DNA of 63,602 nt, filler included, from Neolecta irregularis DAH-3 (lineage: Eukaryota): assembly GCA_001929475.1 (NCBI GenBank). It is 6 parts of 6 records of this genome, joined end to end, with 100 filler letters (N's around TTAATTAATTAA, not from the genome) between each part and the next. Parts side by side here need not be neighbours in the genome. Positions count along the whole stretch, not along the records: positions 1 to 23,315 come from LXFE01000156.1; 5 more parts are not named here. One strand, written 5' to 3'. This document shows positions 9,485 through 23,288 of this stretch, piece after piece. Numbering within the stretch: position 1 is the first letter of the stretch; the number at the start of each line of letters is the position of its first letter. Below the pieces are notes generated by a model that was not told the origin of the DNA, ran no database searches, and was given only the letters and a program-made list of their open reading frames with translations. The position numbers and the translations under genes are program-made.

Positions 9485-11943
9485 CTACTCTGCTTCCAGA
9501 CTCACATACCCTGAATCCTCTCCGAATCCATTAATCCGTTTACAAAACCCAATACATTCTCTCACAACATCTCGCCTCTTCTTTAGCTCCACCAGACCCG
9601 CGTGTTCCTCATGGCCAATCCAAACTCGCAAAGCGGCAGCGACATTCTCCAGGACACTCTCAGTCTTCTCATCGATTTGAATCCGCTCTTGCACAACGAT
9701 AAAATGAAACACGCGCCATAAACCAATCATTCCCAATGGTCCAAGACGATCCAGTAGAAATGGCGTATCGTCGTGTCGAAGAGCACTAGTCACCCATCCC
9801 GAGGAAAGCAGTAGATTTCGAATAGAACAAACCATTCCTTCCGAGATTTCAGTCTTTGTTAATAAGCCAAGAAGAATGGCGCAACGCATGGCCACACAGA
9901 TGTCGTCGTTGATCCGAACCACGTCACCATCCTTCGAAATAGCAGGTACCGAATTCGTTTCAATCACTTGTAAAACGCTCTTCAAGCCGTCTTTCCAGAG
10001 ATTCATAACAGGGAGTAAAGTTACTTCACCGGGACGCAACAAAGCCGTTAAAAGGACCAACCAATGCTGGAAATCGGGATGAGGTGGGGGTACGACGTCG
10101 ATATAGTCTTCAAATTTGAAGCTGGAGGGGCTTGCATTTCCAAAAGATCCATTTATCGCGGCGACAGCATACTTGTGAACAAAAATGATCGAGAGCGCAT
10201 CAAGTGGGTACCGAACAGTTGAATCATCAAGAACAACTTCTTCAAAGAAAGAAATGGAATGCATTCGTGCAACGATTTCTTCACAGAACAATTCATCCGG
10301 ATCAACCTCTAACAGTCGTTGTAAATGAGCAGGAATTGGATCTGATGATCTTTTTACTTGCAAATACTTGGCCCTGTTCCAGAAATACGATGAAACCCAG
10401 GCTCCTGTTTTCTCCGGAAGAAAATCAAAAGAAAGAACACGGAAATGAAGGGCGTTGGTCATAAGACGCAAAGTGGTCACTGGCATTGTCAGACTCGCCA
10501 AAAACGTCAACACAAGTCTCGCTCGATTTATCAATTTATCGCCCCCGAGAAGTTGAGCATCGATTGCGAGTTCCCAAGCTGCTTGTCTAGCGAGATCGTC
10601 CGCTGCTGAGGTATTCGTAAGTAATCGATATCCATCAATGCCAATCAATATTCGCATCCCCATACGGAGAGCTCTCATTGTCAATGCGATAGTCAAGCAA
10701 AAGTACGAGGAATAAGGCACCCATACTGACTGCATTGCTGTTTCGAATGCCATTCGATGATCTGTATGGGTTGACGAAGAATTCTGACTAGATGGATGGG
10801 CATCAGGTGTACTCATTGATCGATGGAGACCGGTTACGGGACAAGTTTGATCTGATTCTGATTTTTTCCTTGATGAAATGAAAAATCGAGGTAAGCCAAT
10901 AAAAATCAATACAGAGAGCAGTAGCATAAGTTTCAATAGAAACGCTATCTGTGGGTTAACCATCGGCGTAACCATATTCGCTGCTTTGCCCAGAAATATT
11001 TTAGTGATTCCCGGGATCGCCGCAAGTCCCTGTGTTCCCGAATTTTCATCAGCGGTACTCCCCAGAAACATCAATCCGGCAGCACTGGCCAGTATCGCCT
11101 TTGGCACCAGACTTTTTTGGAAAGGAGTGCTCTGTCCATCTCGTTTTTGCATGCTCTCCAGACACCGTTTCAATATGGTGACTTCTTCGGTCAATTGCCG
11201 ATTCCGACCTTCCAGATGATGGATATATTCAGTTGCCTTTTCCAAAACCGTACCCTTTTTAATTTTATCGGATTGCTCGGATTCTATGCTAAAAGCCGGA
11301 ATGCAATCACGGAGCGCACCGAGTTTGTCGTTTATCCTATTTCTATAGCGCTTTTCGATCACATTGTGCGATGTTTTTACTTTTCCAGGTTTACTTACCC
11401 TACCGTTCGCAACTTGTGCAGATGTCCACGATGTGGATTTTAAGGATTTGTGTTTTTGAGATGGAGAGGAAGATGAGCAATCCGAAGCCAGAGATCTCTG
11501 AGATTGATCTTCTGATCTAATTGAAATGCCTGGTGAATTAGTACCACTCTCAAGTAAAGCGACGTGCTTGACGGAGAAGTAGACAGTATTACAAACTCGT
11601 CATTTTGTGAAAACTGTTCCTTCCTAACCGTCGGTTCATAAAGATTTCTACTGTCGACCATATTCGCATCCATCGTTCCAAACCAATCGGAGTATGTAAA
11701 ATGCGCAGGTGGAAGAGTATTTCCCCACATCTCTGAACTAAACTGTGTATCTTGTGCGTGCATTGGCGTGAGGAATGTACTTTCCGTTGACGAGACAGAA
11801 ACCGGCTGCTGATGTTGGCGCTGATTAACAGTATCGAGGCCCTGTAGGATCGCAGAGTAATCTAGCGATTGATCCACCTGTTGCTGGAGGTAAGAATTTA
11901 TATCATCCGTAGCAATAGAAGGGGGCATGTAGACACTGTCCAT
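9485..11943 (-). CDS. SREBP-family bHLH transcription factor (Sre1/SrbA-like) with TM segments and C-terminal regulatory domain
   Basis: HNVIEKRYRNRINDKL has the SREBP-diagnostic Tyr; KGTVLEKATEYI; two hydrophobic segments; AW..A.DAQL.GGD..I...RL.LT region typical of SrbA/DUF2014; one intron near 11530-11570; start codon tentative. Confidence 0.88.
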
Positions 11944-13921
11944 GGCAAGAGTGACTGTTGGAATATATTTAGTACAATGGGTTGTCCGAGCGTAGTCTGA
12001 ATGCAGAGACAGAAAGTGGTCTGATTGACGATATGCCACGTGAGGTCATATTGTTAATCGAAAACCAAGATGTCTGGAAGATTCATCGATATAGTGAACC
12101 TCGACAACTACCCGAGTACCAAAATTGGGCGGGCAGGCACTCTTCATATCCAAACACCACAGGGTCAATGCCCTTCCGCCATCGATGCTCTGTAGCCTTA
12201 TCTTGATGCTCATCCAGTTATTCATGTGGACCAGCCACCTTTTACCATTCTGGTCAAACCCTTGAAATTCGCACATCTTCATGAGATTTTCCGATTCATT
12301 CCATCTTCTTTCCCCGTTCGAAACGTGTTTCAAGTTACAGCGACCCCTTTAAGGGATTGTGATATTCGAAGATCAGAATAAATCTTAACGATCAGTGGGA
12401 GTAGGCCGAAGTAGAAATGCCCTCCACGTCTGAGAACAACAACGGTCCAGAGGGGATGCACAGCATACACAGACATCTTGTCGATCAATTGCTTTGGAAT
12501 TACGCGGATGTCTTGGACTTACATCCGGGATTCCAGCTCCTGTGTTGAGCCAATCAAGGATATTCAAGATCGACATGTTATGATTGCCTTACAAGCCTTT
12601 GATATTGAGTAACATTCGTATGACTCTCTCGCCCTTCCAGCAGACTTGCAAATATAAACCCTGGCATGAATGGGGGCTTTCGCTTACGGTCCACCTAGGC
12701 CAAATGCTACTCAGAGGCGATTTTTCTGGCCATTTCGCTCGATCTCTGCGGATAGAAGGGTTGATTGCAAATGATTCGTTCAGTCAATAGCATTTAATGT
12801 TCATAAACAAAGAGCATCAGCGCTGCCTGAAAATCTTTGCGATCTTATAGGGGTCAGTCTCTTCTAAACAATGCTAACGGCAAGGATTCGAAGTGTTGGG
12901 TACTGCCTTCGAGATATCAGTACTGGATTTCATTATGAACTTTTAGTTTCACTTCTTCGATTTCTTCACTTTCTGGTCAAGGTTATTGTGCATGTTTTGT
13001 TCATTTGAAATCTGACCGTGAGATAGTATTTCTCTTTGCTTTTTGAGATTTCCGTTACAACGGGTGGCACCAACATTAGACAAAATAAAATCAATAGGGA
13101 TTCCCCTACTTTTGAGCGTTCATTCATTAATGCTGTCACTCTTGCAACTTCTCCCTATGCGCTGCATCAAGTTAGCTTTGGAAAGACCCAGCCCGTTAGT
13201 GATTGGTGACACATGTCACACGCATCACCGGCTCTGCAACTCACACTTGTCTCGCATGAGCAGCGGGTTAGGAAATACATCAAACACTCATGATGAACAA
13301 AGTATTACTTGTTTCAAGTATTTATTGTTTTTAAACTTGCAACCTGATTTGCAAGCACGAATTTTCAGTAGACGAACTTGTTTTCAGGGGCCTAACCAGG
13401 AACAAATACCTCATTTAAAATAAGTACCCACATAGTTTAAATAATTAATCGAATGTAGTCTCGACATTAACAAATTCCAGCTCCTGTGATAACTAGATAT
13501 TTCATATTATCGACGATAATCGCATTTTAAAATCTTTCAGAAAGAGAATATATTCATGATTAGGAGCGACTGATCTTATGAAAGTGATTGGATACCAGAT
13601 GACTAAGATATTAAGCCATCCGTGTTTGTAACTGGATCAGGTGATTCTATTCAGCCAAAAAGCAAATGATATCCGTTATCCAAAGGGGCCCGTGCGGAGT
13701 CTACTCGGAGTGATGTGTGACGACATGTAACACCAAATAGTGGCTAAATCTGATGGTTGCCGAGTTTAGTCTCTTGGTTTCTACAGATCAAAGCGTAGAG
13801 ATTGGTGTGGGAAGAAGCCGTTTTTGTACCACATGACACCTCGGATTAGATCTTGATCTGTCCAAAGAAAAACCTGTCCGTAGCATCTGACACAGGCTAC
13901 CCAATTCGTCACCAAAACATC

Positions 13922-14236
13922 ATGTCAAGCCCACGCGCACGGTTTACTACTCCTTCCAGATCACATCCTCTCAGTATCAACACGTCTTCCCGAATACAAG
14001 TAGCCAGTGCCAATCAAACGAGTTCAAGTTCGGATAAAAGGATGTTTGCATCATCGGGATGTCGGCCAGCAAGTCCAATAAAGCGAATGCCGGCAACACC
14101 ATTACCCGCAAAGCAATGGGCTCAGTCGCCGAAAATGCCTCCGGGTCCTCGACTGAAGCCGGTGGAGAGTCCGGGGCTGCCTATTACTCCGCTCGCCCTT
14201 GATGGAGAAGATGGATATTTTTCGGGATATTCTTAA
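13922..14236 (+). CDS. Small Pro/Ser-rich hypothetical protein
   Basis: ATG-initiated ORF with SP/TP sites, ending VESPGLPITPLALDGEDGYF. Confidence 0.5.
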   Translation: MSSPRARFTTPSRSHPLSINTSSRIQVASANQTSSSSDKRMFASSGCRPASPIKRMPATPLPAKQWAQSPKMPPGPRLKPVESPGLPITPLALDGEDGYFSGYS

Positions 14237-14509
14237 GGACAACGTGGTATTACTTGGGGAGCAGGTCATGCAGAGTATTGGGGACTAGTGTACTGGGATA
14301 TCATTGATTCTTTGTAATGCGGTTGTTGCATGCGGGCATGAATACATGTTCATATAGTCTCGAAGAGAAATTATACTTTAAATATGCCATATCTTCACAA
14401 GACTCTGGTTTATTAGAACAGAGTTTAATGGTCAGCGTGTCTAGAGACTTGAGGTGTAGGGAATGTCTAGGGTAGCGCCACACTCCTGAAAGTCCTCACC
14501 TCTCCTGCA

Positions 14510-14989
14510 ATGTTACGCAAGCTGGCTGGTACACTAGCTGACCCTCTGTTTTCGGCCCCAACGGAATCATCTCGACAGACACAGACAGTACGGACGCCTG
14601 AGATGTCGCGACTTGATACCGCGTGGGCGCACGTCGCTGCAGAAGAAGAATACAGCGCAGCATGGGCACCACAGACACTGCCGTTGAGCACCGCTCTGTC
14701 CGAGACGGCTTATCCAACTTTCTCATCGAGCGGAGCGTGCGTGTCGATGTCGCCCGAGCCGTTTGGGGAATGCTGGTGGGCGGTGGAGTATGAGCAGGAC
14801 GAGCGGGCGACTACGCGGCGAGCAGATTCGCGGGATGGGGCCGAGTGGGAGAATGTGGGAGGCAGGCGGTGGGGGCAGGATCGACTTGCAGCAGAGGGGC
14901 AGGCAGAGAGACAGAGGCAGGCGGTGGAGCGGCTGCGAGGAGTGTTGGGCCATGTCGGCGCCACGATGCGGTCTCCGCGCCTGCACTAA
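14510..14989 (+). CDS. Hypothetical protein (GC-rich)
   Basis: 159-aa ATG ORF, no recognisable motif. Confidence 0.3.
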   Translation: MLRKLAGTLADPLFSAPTESSRQTQTVRTPEMSRLDTAWAHVAAEEEYSAAWAPQTLPLSTALSETAYPTFSSSGACVSMSPEPFGECWWAVEYEQDERATTRRADSRDGAEWENVGGRRWGQDRLAAEGQAERQRQAVERLRGVLGHVGATMRSPRLH

Positions 14990-15144
14990 CCCCGCCGCCG
15001 CCGCCGCCGCTGCCCGTGCTTTGGCTCTGCCGCCATTCGAGGGCTAGGCCTCTGCGCGCCTACGTCATCCTGCAGTCATCAGCACCCTCGGTTCATCCTC
15101 CAGCCTACACCGCCTGCCCTCCCTCCCAGGAGAAGGAGCGATTT

Positions 15145-15957
15145 CTATTTCTTCCAAGTAAATACATATCCATGCACGGTTGCCCTGACATCCCAATCGC
15201 CCCTGTCCTCTTCAAACATCGGCGTCATTTTCGACTCGTAAATCTTTTCAACCTCAAACCCGCCTTCCTCCGCCAGCACAAGAAACCGGAGATCTTCAGC
15301 TTGCTTGTAAGGCCGGTGGTGTATAAACGACACCAGTATCTTGCCCTCGCGACAAAGCGTCTTCTTGCACGTTGAAATCAGTTTAGCATGTTCAGAGTGA
15401 TTGAAAACCAAGTCTGATAATATCAAAACGTCAAATTTCTCACCTGGGAGGAAAGACTCCGGCGAATTACCCCACAAATATCCCTTTGCAAATCAGCTCA
15501 ACTACCAAGGATACAATACCTCAACGATCACTTTACCGCGTGGATCATCAATGTTCTTTTCCACATTATACCGGATATTCTCAACTAATTCTATATCAGG
15601 ATAATCAGTAATCACTGTCTTTCCTGTCAGTCGTACTGCACATGGTTAATTCAATACTAACTGAGCCCCGTTCAACGCCGCAATAATTCCAGGCAACGCC
15701 GCACCAGCGCCTAATTCCAACACTCTCTTCCCGCGACACCAATCTTCGCGGTTCTCCTCAAGAAAATCCGCCACATGTTTCCCGGAATTCGACAAACGAT
15801 GGCCCCATAGTGGATGAGAGTTTAGCAAGCGGAGAGAAAGAGTGCGGTTGGAGCGAGTGGTGAAAGATTCGAAACTAGGAGGACCTGGGGGTTGGAAATA
15901 GTCATCCGGATCGCCAAAGAGCAAGGAGAGACCAGAGATGTCTGGAGTACCAGGCAT
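15145..15957 (-). CDS. EFM7: Protein N-terminal/lysine methyltransferase Efm7/Nnt1 (METTL21-like)
   Basis: HPLWGH, VLELGAGAALP, TDYPD, WG, DVLILSDLVFNHSEH, FIHHRP, MFEEDRGD; introns. Confidence 0.9.
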
Positions 15958-16546
15958 GTTGGTTACTGTGCGAATATTTTTTATTTCTCAGGTGAACATT
16001 GGGCTGCATTTGACGCGCGCCAAATTTGACAAATTTCATGAAATTTGACGCCGTCAAACGCAGCCGTGATATCAAATCAATTGAAATCAATTTTGCAGGC
16101 AAACTTGCAAGGAACGCTTTAGAGTACTACCTTTCCGAGCGCCACTCTCGCACGTCATAACAAGTTCCTTTGGGTTTCAATATATGTGGGGCCTGGTGAA
16201 AGCAATCCCTGCAATGATATTTGGTATTGCTCTTGGACTGCTTTGTGCAATACCGGGGAGAACCGCTGCAACTAGTAGTGTAATGTTTTCCCAAGTTATG
16301 AATTGATCGACGTTGTAAATCCAGTGAATTGAACGGATTGCGTCTTTCAGGGGTATAATGTTTTCTCGGCTATAATGAATGGGACTGTTGAGACCTTCAG
16401 ACTAATGCAAAAAAAGCTTGACGGGCTTCAACCGAATCCTATGTAGTTTGCCAGGAACACCTGGCGCGAACAATGTTAAAAACTCTTGAAATTATTTGAT
16501 CCACAAGCCTGCAATGATCCGCAAACACCAAGCAAATGAGCAAACT

Positions 16547-18425
16547 CTACCCAGTGATTCTCTTCCACACTAATTCTAACGCTGACTTTGCGTCTTCAAA
16601 ACTATCGTGACCCTTTGCCCCTGCATCTTGTATCTTCTTATTCAGATGCTGAGCCGCGAGATCACGTAGTTTGAGTCGATAAGGCCGGCCTCGAGGCGAT
16701 GGATACAATATCGAAGTGTCTATAATCCGATGGTGAACGAGACGCAGTGACAAGAGATCGTTTTCTAGACCATGTCCAATGAAAATCGTTCGTGAATCAG
16801 TAAACTTGAAAAGTTGTCCACGAGCTTCACTGAAAGACACAGCTGGAACGTCTTTTAACGAAGTAATACCGCTGAATCGAGTATTATAATCGAGAATAGT
16901 GTTTTCTGGTCGAACGAAAATATCAACAAGTTTTTCGCCGTCCCAGTCGACTATCGTCACTCGTGAAAGTTCCATTCCCGAGGTTGTATAGACCATCTCG
17001 CAATCCAATGCAATAGCAGGTAAACCACCCTCATCGGTTGGTGATTTGATGAATGGTATCTGAGAAGCAAGTCTACTATGACTTGAAATTTTGAAAACAT
17101 GAACTCCTTGACAACAACCAGTTGATTCTGCAGCAGGTAAAGCACAACACGTATACTGCCGTCCTGAAAAGTCATTTTTTTGTATCTTAAAAGGGAGAGT
17201 AACACACCTCCTGTAGTAGTAGTCAGACGCCCCCAATGAAAACAGCATTCGTTTTCGACAGGGTTATCAGTAACTGTATAACGCTGAGAACACCGATCAC
17301 ATTCTCTCCTTTCTCCAACTTCGTCCTTGGGAGCGTTGACTTCAGGCTCTGGAAGATCAATAGGAAAGCCCCACTTCTCCAATTCAGGAACAGGATGGAC
17401 ATACTTTTCCGCCTCGACAACAGCTGGCGCAGCAGATTCGTTGGCAAAAGTTTCCATTATCGCTCGTTTCTTGAGTGCTAGTAAAGAAGATCTCGACTGC
17501 GGTTTATAAGTATATTTTAAATTCTCGGATTTCAACAGCTTTTCTTCATTTATAATAGCATCTTTACGCGCTTGATTGTCACGATCCGGATGATTAGTAT
17601 AAATACGAAGATATTCATTATGAAATAGTCTAAGCATTTGATTTCGTGTTGATTCGGAAATAGGACAGATTTTGACTTGGACAGGGGCGAGAGCTTCGGG
17701 TGCAAAAGGAGATACTGCTGGGTTCGCCTTGACGCGAGGGCCAAGAGCTGCGAATCTTTCAGCCGCAGTCTTTGCTTCCTGCGTGATAGGTGCGAGAACA
17801 GACTTTGATCGTACAGGTCTGATCAGTTTTGTCGAGGCATCTACAGGGATTACAGGAACTGAAAGAACTCGAGTTGACGCGACTGGATGAGTGCCTGTCT
17901 GCACGGACTGCAGAGAATTTGTCGGAATGAGACAGTTATCGTTTCCATTATCGTTGCAAGACATCACAATTTTGGAGTTGCAAACATTGGAATCGTTCTT
18001 GAGGATTGGGGCTTCCTTGATCGTCTCTTTATGAAGGAGTTCTTTTTCTTCATCGGTAAATTTGCCGTGCGCTCCTTCAAGGGTCCTTTGTTTCTTGGAT
18101 GGGTGTTCTAAGGGTCCTCAATTACAATTGCAAGTAGGATAATAGTACGAGTTTCAACATGCACCTCCTTTTCCAAATTGCCATTCAAGAGATCTCGAAC
18201 CCTCGCTTCTTGTTCAGCTGTGAAGATTTTACTTCTCTGAGTCGATGGGATCGTGGCTTCAAGTTCGATCGGAGGATCTTCCACGTCGACGACTTGGGTG
18301 CAGCCCACAGGATCCGCAAGCGCTGCTAAATTTCGCATGATTTGAGCTAATCGGCGATTGTTGGCGCATTTTGGTTCTTTACATTGAGGATTCTTGCCGT
18401 GAGGACATTTTGGTGATTGGTTCAT
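16547..18425 (-). CDS. REX3: RNA exonuclease 3 (DEDDh, Rex3/REXO1-like), multi-exon
   Basis: CDRC..C.FHWG, TCC..GC..H, ALDCEMVYT, IGHGLENDL, GHDSFEDA. Confidence 0.88.
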
Positions 18426-20010
18426 CGGTGTACTCCCATCTGTCTAAAAAGTCTGCTTGTGAAGCCAACGCCACAAAAATGGGGTAAAGTTGTACATATC
18501 TATAGGACGACATGTATTCATTACTGATGCTGTCTCTGCGTTCTGCAATATGTCGGCCAGCTTAGAATAGAAATAAAAGTTGTACTTTTCCATCCGCGAT
18601 TACAGGTCGTAACGAAACATAGGACAATTCTCATCCATTAATTAAACTTTTGCTTTTTTGTTTCTAATGTTTCATCTTTTCATCGCCATTGTATCATTAG
18701 GAGCAACCTCATGATCTGCAAACATTAAATCATGGTCTTGATTTAGAGAATAAGTTGTTCGAATAGTGTGAGCATTAGGTCGCTGGACTTGCTGCTTGGG
18801 AGACTTAGGTTAAAGTATAATATCGCGATCATTTGGATAAAGGCAACTACGTATATTATTCCTCGGGTTCAAGCCTCGCTTGATAACCAAGCTAGGCGTT
18901 AGTTATAGAAGAATGGCATATGCGCTTCCTTATTTCTGTTTGCCTCGCCTCAGATGCCTTGGGTGGCAATGCTTGTTACAGTCCTTACTTGGCTTGGTGG
19001 TACTGCTTGTCCAGGATGTACTCTTGGTTCTGTTTCCACATCAGTGGGTCCTAAACCTTTGGGGGAGCATTGGTGTCTTTGGATGTGGGATACTGGTGCC
19101 TCCTGATCGGGGGCATGATCAAATCTCCACAAATAGCTTAGTGGATATGTGCTTAAGTTTAGGCAGATAGTTCAATACGTGCAAAGGAGCTGAAAGATAT
19201 AATAGAGCGCTTGACACTGAAGCGCACGTGTGTACTTGAAAAAGAAATAGGGTCTCTACGTTGTGGGGTGTAAGAACATAGGTTCTTCCAGATCACGTGG
19301 ATATGTTATCAGTTTAACGGTCATTTGAGGAGCTATATAATAAAGAGGGGCTACGTGCTAACCAAGTTCACTTACCTTGGTTAGAATATATACCGGGTCT
19401 TATTCGTACTTCAGGCGATCGCTTACATGGGGGCTCGACAAAAATTCGGAAAATCCTTAATTTGTTTACCTTATAAGAAGAGTGTCGGATACATCGAGTG
19501 AGACATACATACCCACGGATTAAGGCAAAAAGAAAAAGACTCTTTAGGCGGGTGTACCAACTCCTTAGGTCTTTGAAGAGATTGAGTAAGATTGCGACTC
19601 CAAAGCTCGTTACCGAAGCCCACTGAATCCCGAGCAGTCCTTGCTCAACCTCCTTCCGCCACCCTAAAAGGACTATCCGCGATTTCAGTGTGTCAATAAT
19701 AAGAATTTCTATGTGTTTCTCTGTCCTATTATTCTGTTTCTGTGCCTCTGGAATATCTTAGATCCGGATATGAAGAAATCTTTTATTCAGCGAGTCCTAT
19801 TGAAATGCTCTTGAGCATTGCTGGGTATTTGCCAGATGACCCGATGATTAATATGAAAAACATCATCCTTGCGAGAGGTAATTTTGAGGGATCTCATGTA
19901 GTCTTCACACCCTGAAGGCATCAGGTATTTAAGTATATAGACTGCTACAGTTTGAGACATGCTCTCGCATTATAAAAGGACGAAGGATTCAGAGTCACTG
20001 CAAAAGAGCC

Positions 20011-20522
20011 ATGAATTTCCTTCTTATATCATTCCTTGCGATTCTTGTATCTTCAACAAAGCTCCAGCAATGTATCGACAACGGAAAAAACTCGTTACAT
20101 ATCGTTAATACATATCTTTCGAATCCTCGGGTCACGGATGAACAGCTCAGGAACGTTGTGTGTGATCAGTTGAAGCTTGATATGCTCACGTAATTCTACT
20201 CTTTAAACTGCAAGCTTATGAAAATAGTTGTGCTAAGGGCCTTAGGGAGAATCCAAATACGGTAGCGGCGCAGTATCTCGGAAAATTGGCCATAACGGGC
20301 CCAGAAGCATTGCCATCCTATGTTTCTGCAGCATGCAACCTCCCCATGCTATTTGTTAGAGAGTTTCTAAAAATTAATGAGATCGTCAAGACTGCTCGCG
20401 AGACAAAGGAAAAGGTCTGTGGAGATGATATTATCAAGGAGCAAATTTCCAGGTCCTTGATCGGAACCGAGATTGCTCAAGATAAACTGAGCGAAATCAT
20501 TGAACATTTCTGTAATAGCTAG
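20011..20522 (+). CDS. Small secreted Cys-containing orphan protein, 2 exons (intron about 20190-20227)
   Basis: Signal peptide MNFLLISFLAILVSS; TATAAAA at 19971; about 157 aa with 6 Cys after splicing. Confidence 0.7.
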
Positions 20523-20620
20523 TAAGATTCGAATGGAAGCTATGTGATATCAATTTGGTAAAAAGATTTGGAAATTTGTTTAGGGCGCGTTCTGTGCTAT
20601 ACTCCCTAGGAACACCTTTA

Positions 20621-21998
20621 TTAAACTTCAACAAAAGCTCTATAGATAACACATTTCTCAGTTTCCGATCGAATTTCTAATTCAGCATCTGCACCCACAA
20701 AGACTACTTTTCCGGTAGTCATTTTTTCTTCCTTGCCTCCAACGATAATCTTCCCTCCTCCCTGTGTACAAATCATTATACTTGGCCCAGATAATCCTTC
20801 AATAATCTGCTTTTCTCCAGAATTCAGGACAGTCAATAGCACACTGAATTCCGCAATCGGCGGGTCGAATAACACCGTCTTCCCATCTCCGGTTGCACGA
20901 GAAAAAGGCCATGGTTCAATCTTTTGAGATTCCGCAGGCCCACAGTCGTATGTTAACATGGATACCAAGTTTTTGACATCTTTAAATTTGGGCGTAAATC
21001 CTGCACGAACAACGTTATCGCTCGTTGCCATACATTCAATCGCATCTTGAATTTATTGACAAGTAATCAAGTTGGTTACCTCCAGATAAATAAGCGTGAA
21101 TGTCCTTTGCTTTAAGAAACATTGCTTCTCCTGGCCGAAGTTTGATATAATTCATCATAAACACACAAAACAATCCTATATCTCCAGGATACTGTTCATT
21201 GAGCCGAAGAAGTAAATCTCCCAACTCTGGATCCTCTTTGAACCCATACTTCCTAATTCGAGAAACAAGTTGATTGGATAATTCCTTGATTTTAGTCTCG
21301 CTGGATTCCATCAACTCTGTAAATAGGGACCTCAAAGCCTCCTTTGAGTCAGAGTTTATAGATGAAGAGAACTCGTGATTTTCACCGACTAGTTCGGAAA
21401 ACTCGGGAACTGAAGAGAGAAACGATTTGATTTGATCAATTGGTCGAAAGCCACAGAGACCTGCAAATGGAGTAATTGCAATAACCATCTCCGGTTTGTG
21501 ATTGCTATCTATATCTTAAATTCAATCCGCCTGATGAGAGACCTTTGTAATTTTTGGGATCATCGGCATGTAAACGTTTCGCAAGGTCTTTGTCTGGATG
21601 GGCTTGGATTGATAGTGCCTTGTCTATCGAGAGTACCTTAAATAAGAACGGGAGATCGCCATCGAAGCGAGAAAACACTTTATCGCCGAGAAGTGAACGA
21701 TTTTCAGAGAGTAGGGTTTTCAGATCACAGTTGTCGTGAAAAGAGGTCGATGGACCGGAAGGATGAGTCCCCATCCATAGCTAGATATGAGAACATGGCA
21801 TAAGTTGAACAGTACTTCAGCATACCGCTTTGAAGGATCTATATCGCTGTCCGAGGTTGCCTGGGCGAAACGTGCGACTGCGGATGTTGATCCTGGCTTT
21901 CCTAGACAGTTTGAGGAAGAGTTACTCAAGAAAAGCAAGACACCCCATTCATAACACTGCAATTTACAGGATAATTGGATAAGCGGTGGTGGGAGCAT
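20621..21998 (-). CDS. PMI40: Mannose-6-phosphate isomerase, multi-exon
   Basis: [63 protein letters not shown]. Confidence 0.96.
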
Positions 21999-22202
21999 AC
22001 TATTGGTTAGTAGGGCAGTTGGGTCGCAATCAACTACCCAAACGGTGATGGCAAGGCGCTATTTCACATAAGGGCATGTATATTCTTCACGTATAAATAA
22101 TAAAACAATAATACAGTGAGAACGGATAACCACGTTCCCAGTCGAGCATTCATATCTAAAACCAGACAAACGATGTCGTTTATAATTGACGGGAAAGGCC
22201 CA

Positions 22203-22867
22203 CTAGTCTTTCTTACATGAAGTTCCCCATCGTTTAAGTTTCCTCGAAATTTCCCCAGTGGTATTTTGGTTAGGATTCAAACGTCGATCACGAGCCATCT
22301 CATGTACATCGTCCCCATGCTTCGCTACCAGCTGTTCCAACCAGCTGGCTTCATTCTCTGATGTAGTCCTTGGGTTGCTATAGTCTATGTTTGCTTGTTT
22401 CTCAAGTTCTGAGTTCGTCAGCATCATCATGAACTAAATCATATATACCTCTAACGACCTCTGTTTTTGCTTCTTCAGGTTCTATCTCTTCATCTGAACC
22501 AATCTCCTTTCCGTAAATAATATTGATTACGTTTCCCTGATCGTCTCGTTGAATGATAGCTTCATTATGCCCTATTCTTTTGGCTATGTCCTTGAGTTCT
22601 TCAGCAGTTGGTTCTTTCGGAGGATATAGCATTTCCTTTCCCCCAGTTACAGGGTTTGGATTTGAAACCAATCCTAATCGTTGATAACTAAATTACTCAA
22701 CGTTGCTCTTAAGATTCATACTTTTGCAATAATGTCTGCTTTTTGTTCCAGTTTGCTTTGATGATGTCATTCCCATAGATAGCAACATTACGCCTGCGTT
22801 TAGAGGGTTTTTTGCTCAGAGTTGGACGCGAGGATCTTTGCTTTTGGCGGGCTCTGGGACGAGCCAT
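22203..22867 (-). CDS. NOP16: Ribosome biogenesis protein Nop16
   Basis: MARPRARQK..RSS, NW..K.TL.Q|NY.RLGL, LVAKHGDDVHEMARDRRLNPNQNT. Confidence 0.9.
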
Positions 22868-23099
22868 GTCTCAGTGGAGGAGGAAAATTCAACAGGTTTG
22901 TTTCGTCAAAGGTTTACTTTTGCACGTGAAAATAAAAACTCTGAGTGGGTGACAAAATTTGATACTCTCAATAGCCACTAACATGCGACCGAGTCACTGC
23001 ATCTATGGTGCAAAAAGCAATTCAAATTTTCCTAAATCCGCTAATAAGTTATTGAATCTGCCAGTCTCTCCGGACCGCATCGAGCTTGATATCGGCATT

Positions 23100-23288
23100 T
23101 GGCTAAGGTTCCTGCTAGTAGGTCGAGAGCTAACTGTCCGCTGCATGGACCTCTGTGGCGGTGCGTCAGCACTGCTAACCAGTGGTGAGCGAGAGCACCG
23201 CAGGGAACTTTATATTCCCAATCTCTGGCTGTTCACGTTGGTATTCCTTACGGTAGGACTAGCTTGGGCATACTCCCACCTTACAATT
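23100..23288 (+). ncRNA. Candidate H/ACA-like structured RNA
   Basis: GC-rich hairpins, AGAGCA (H box) at 23192-23197, 3' hairpin, ACA at 23283-23285 followed by ATT. Confidence 0.35.

Noticed and set aside
12046-13423. Short ORFs upstream of the SREBP gene
   Set aside because: Mostly non-ATG starts with no motifs; treated as a long regulatory intergenic region.
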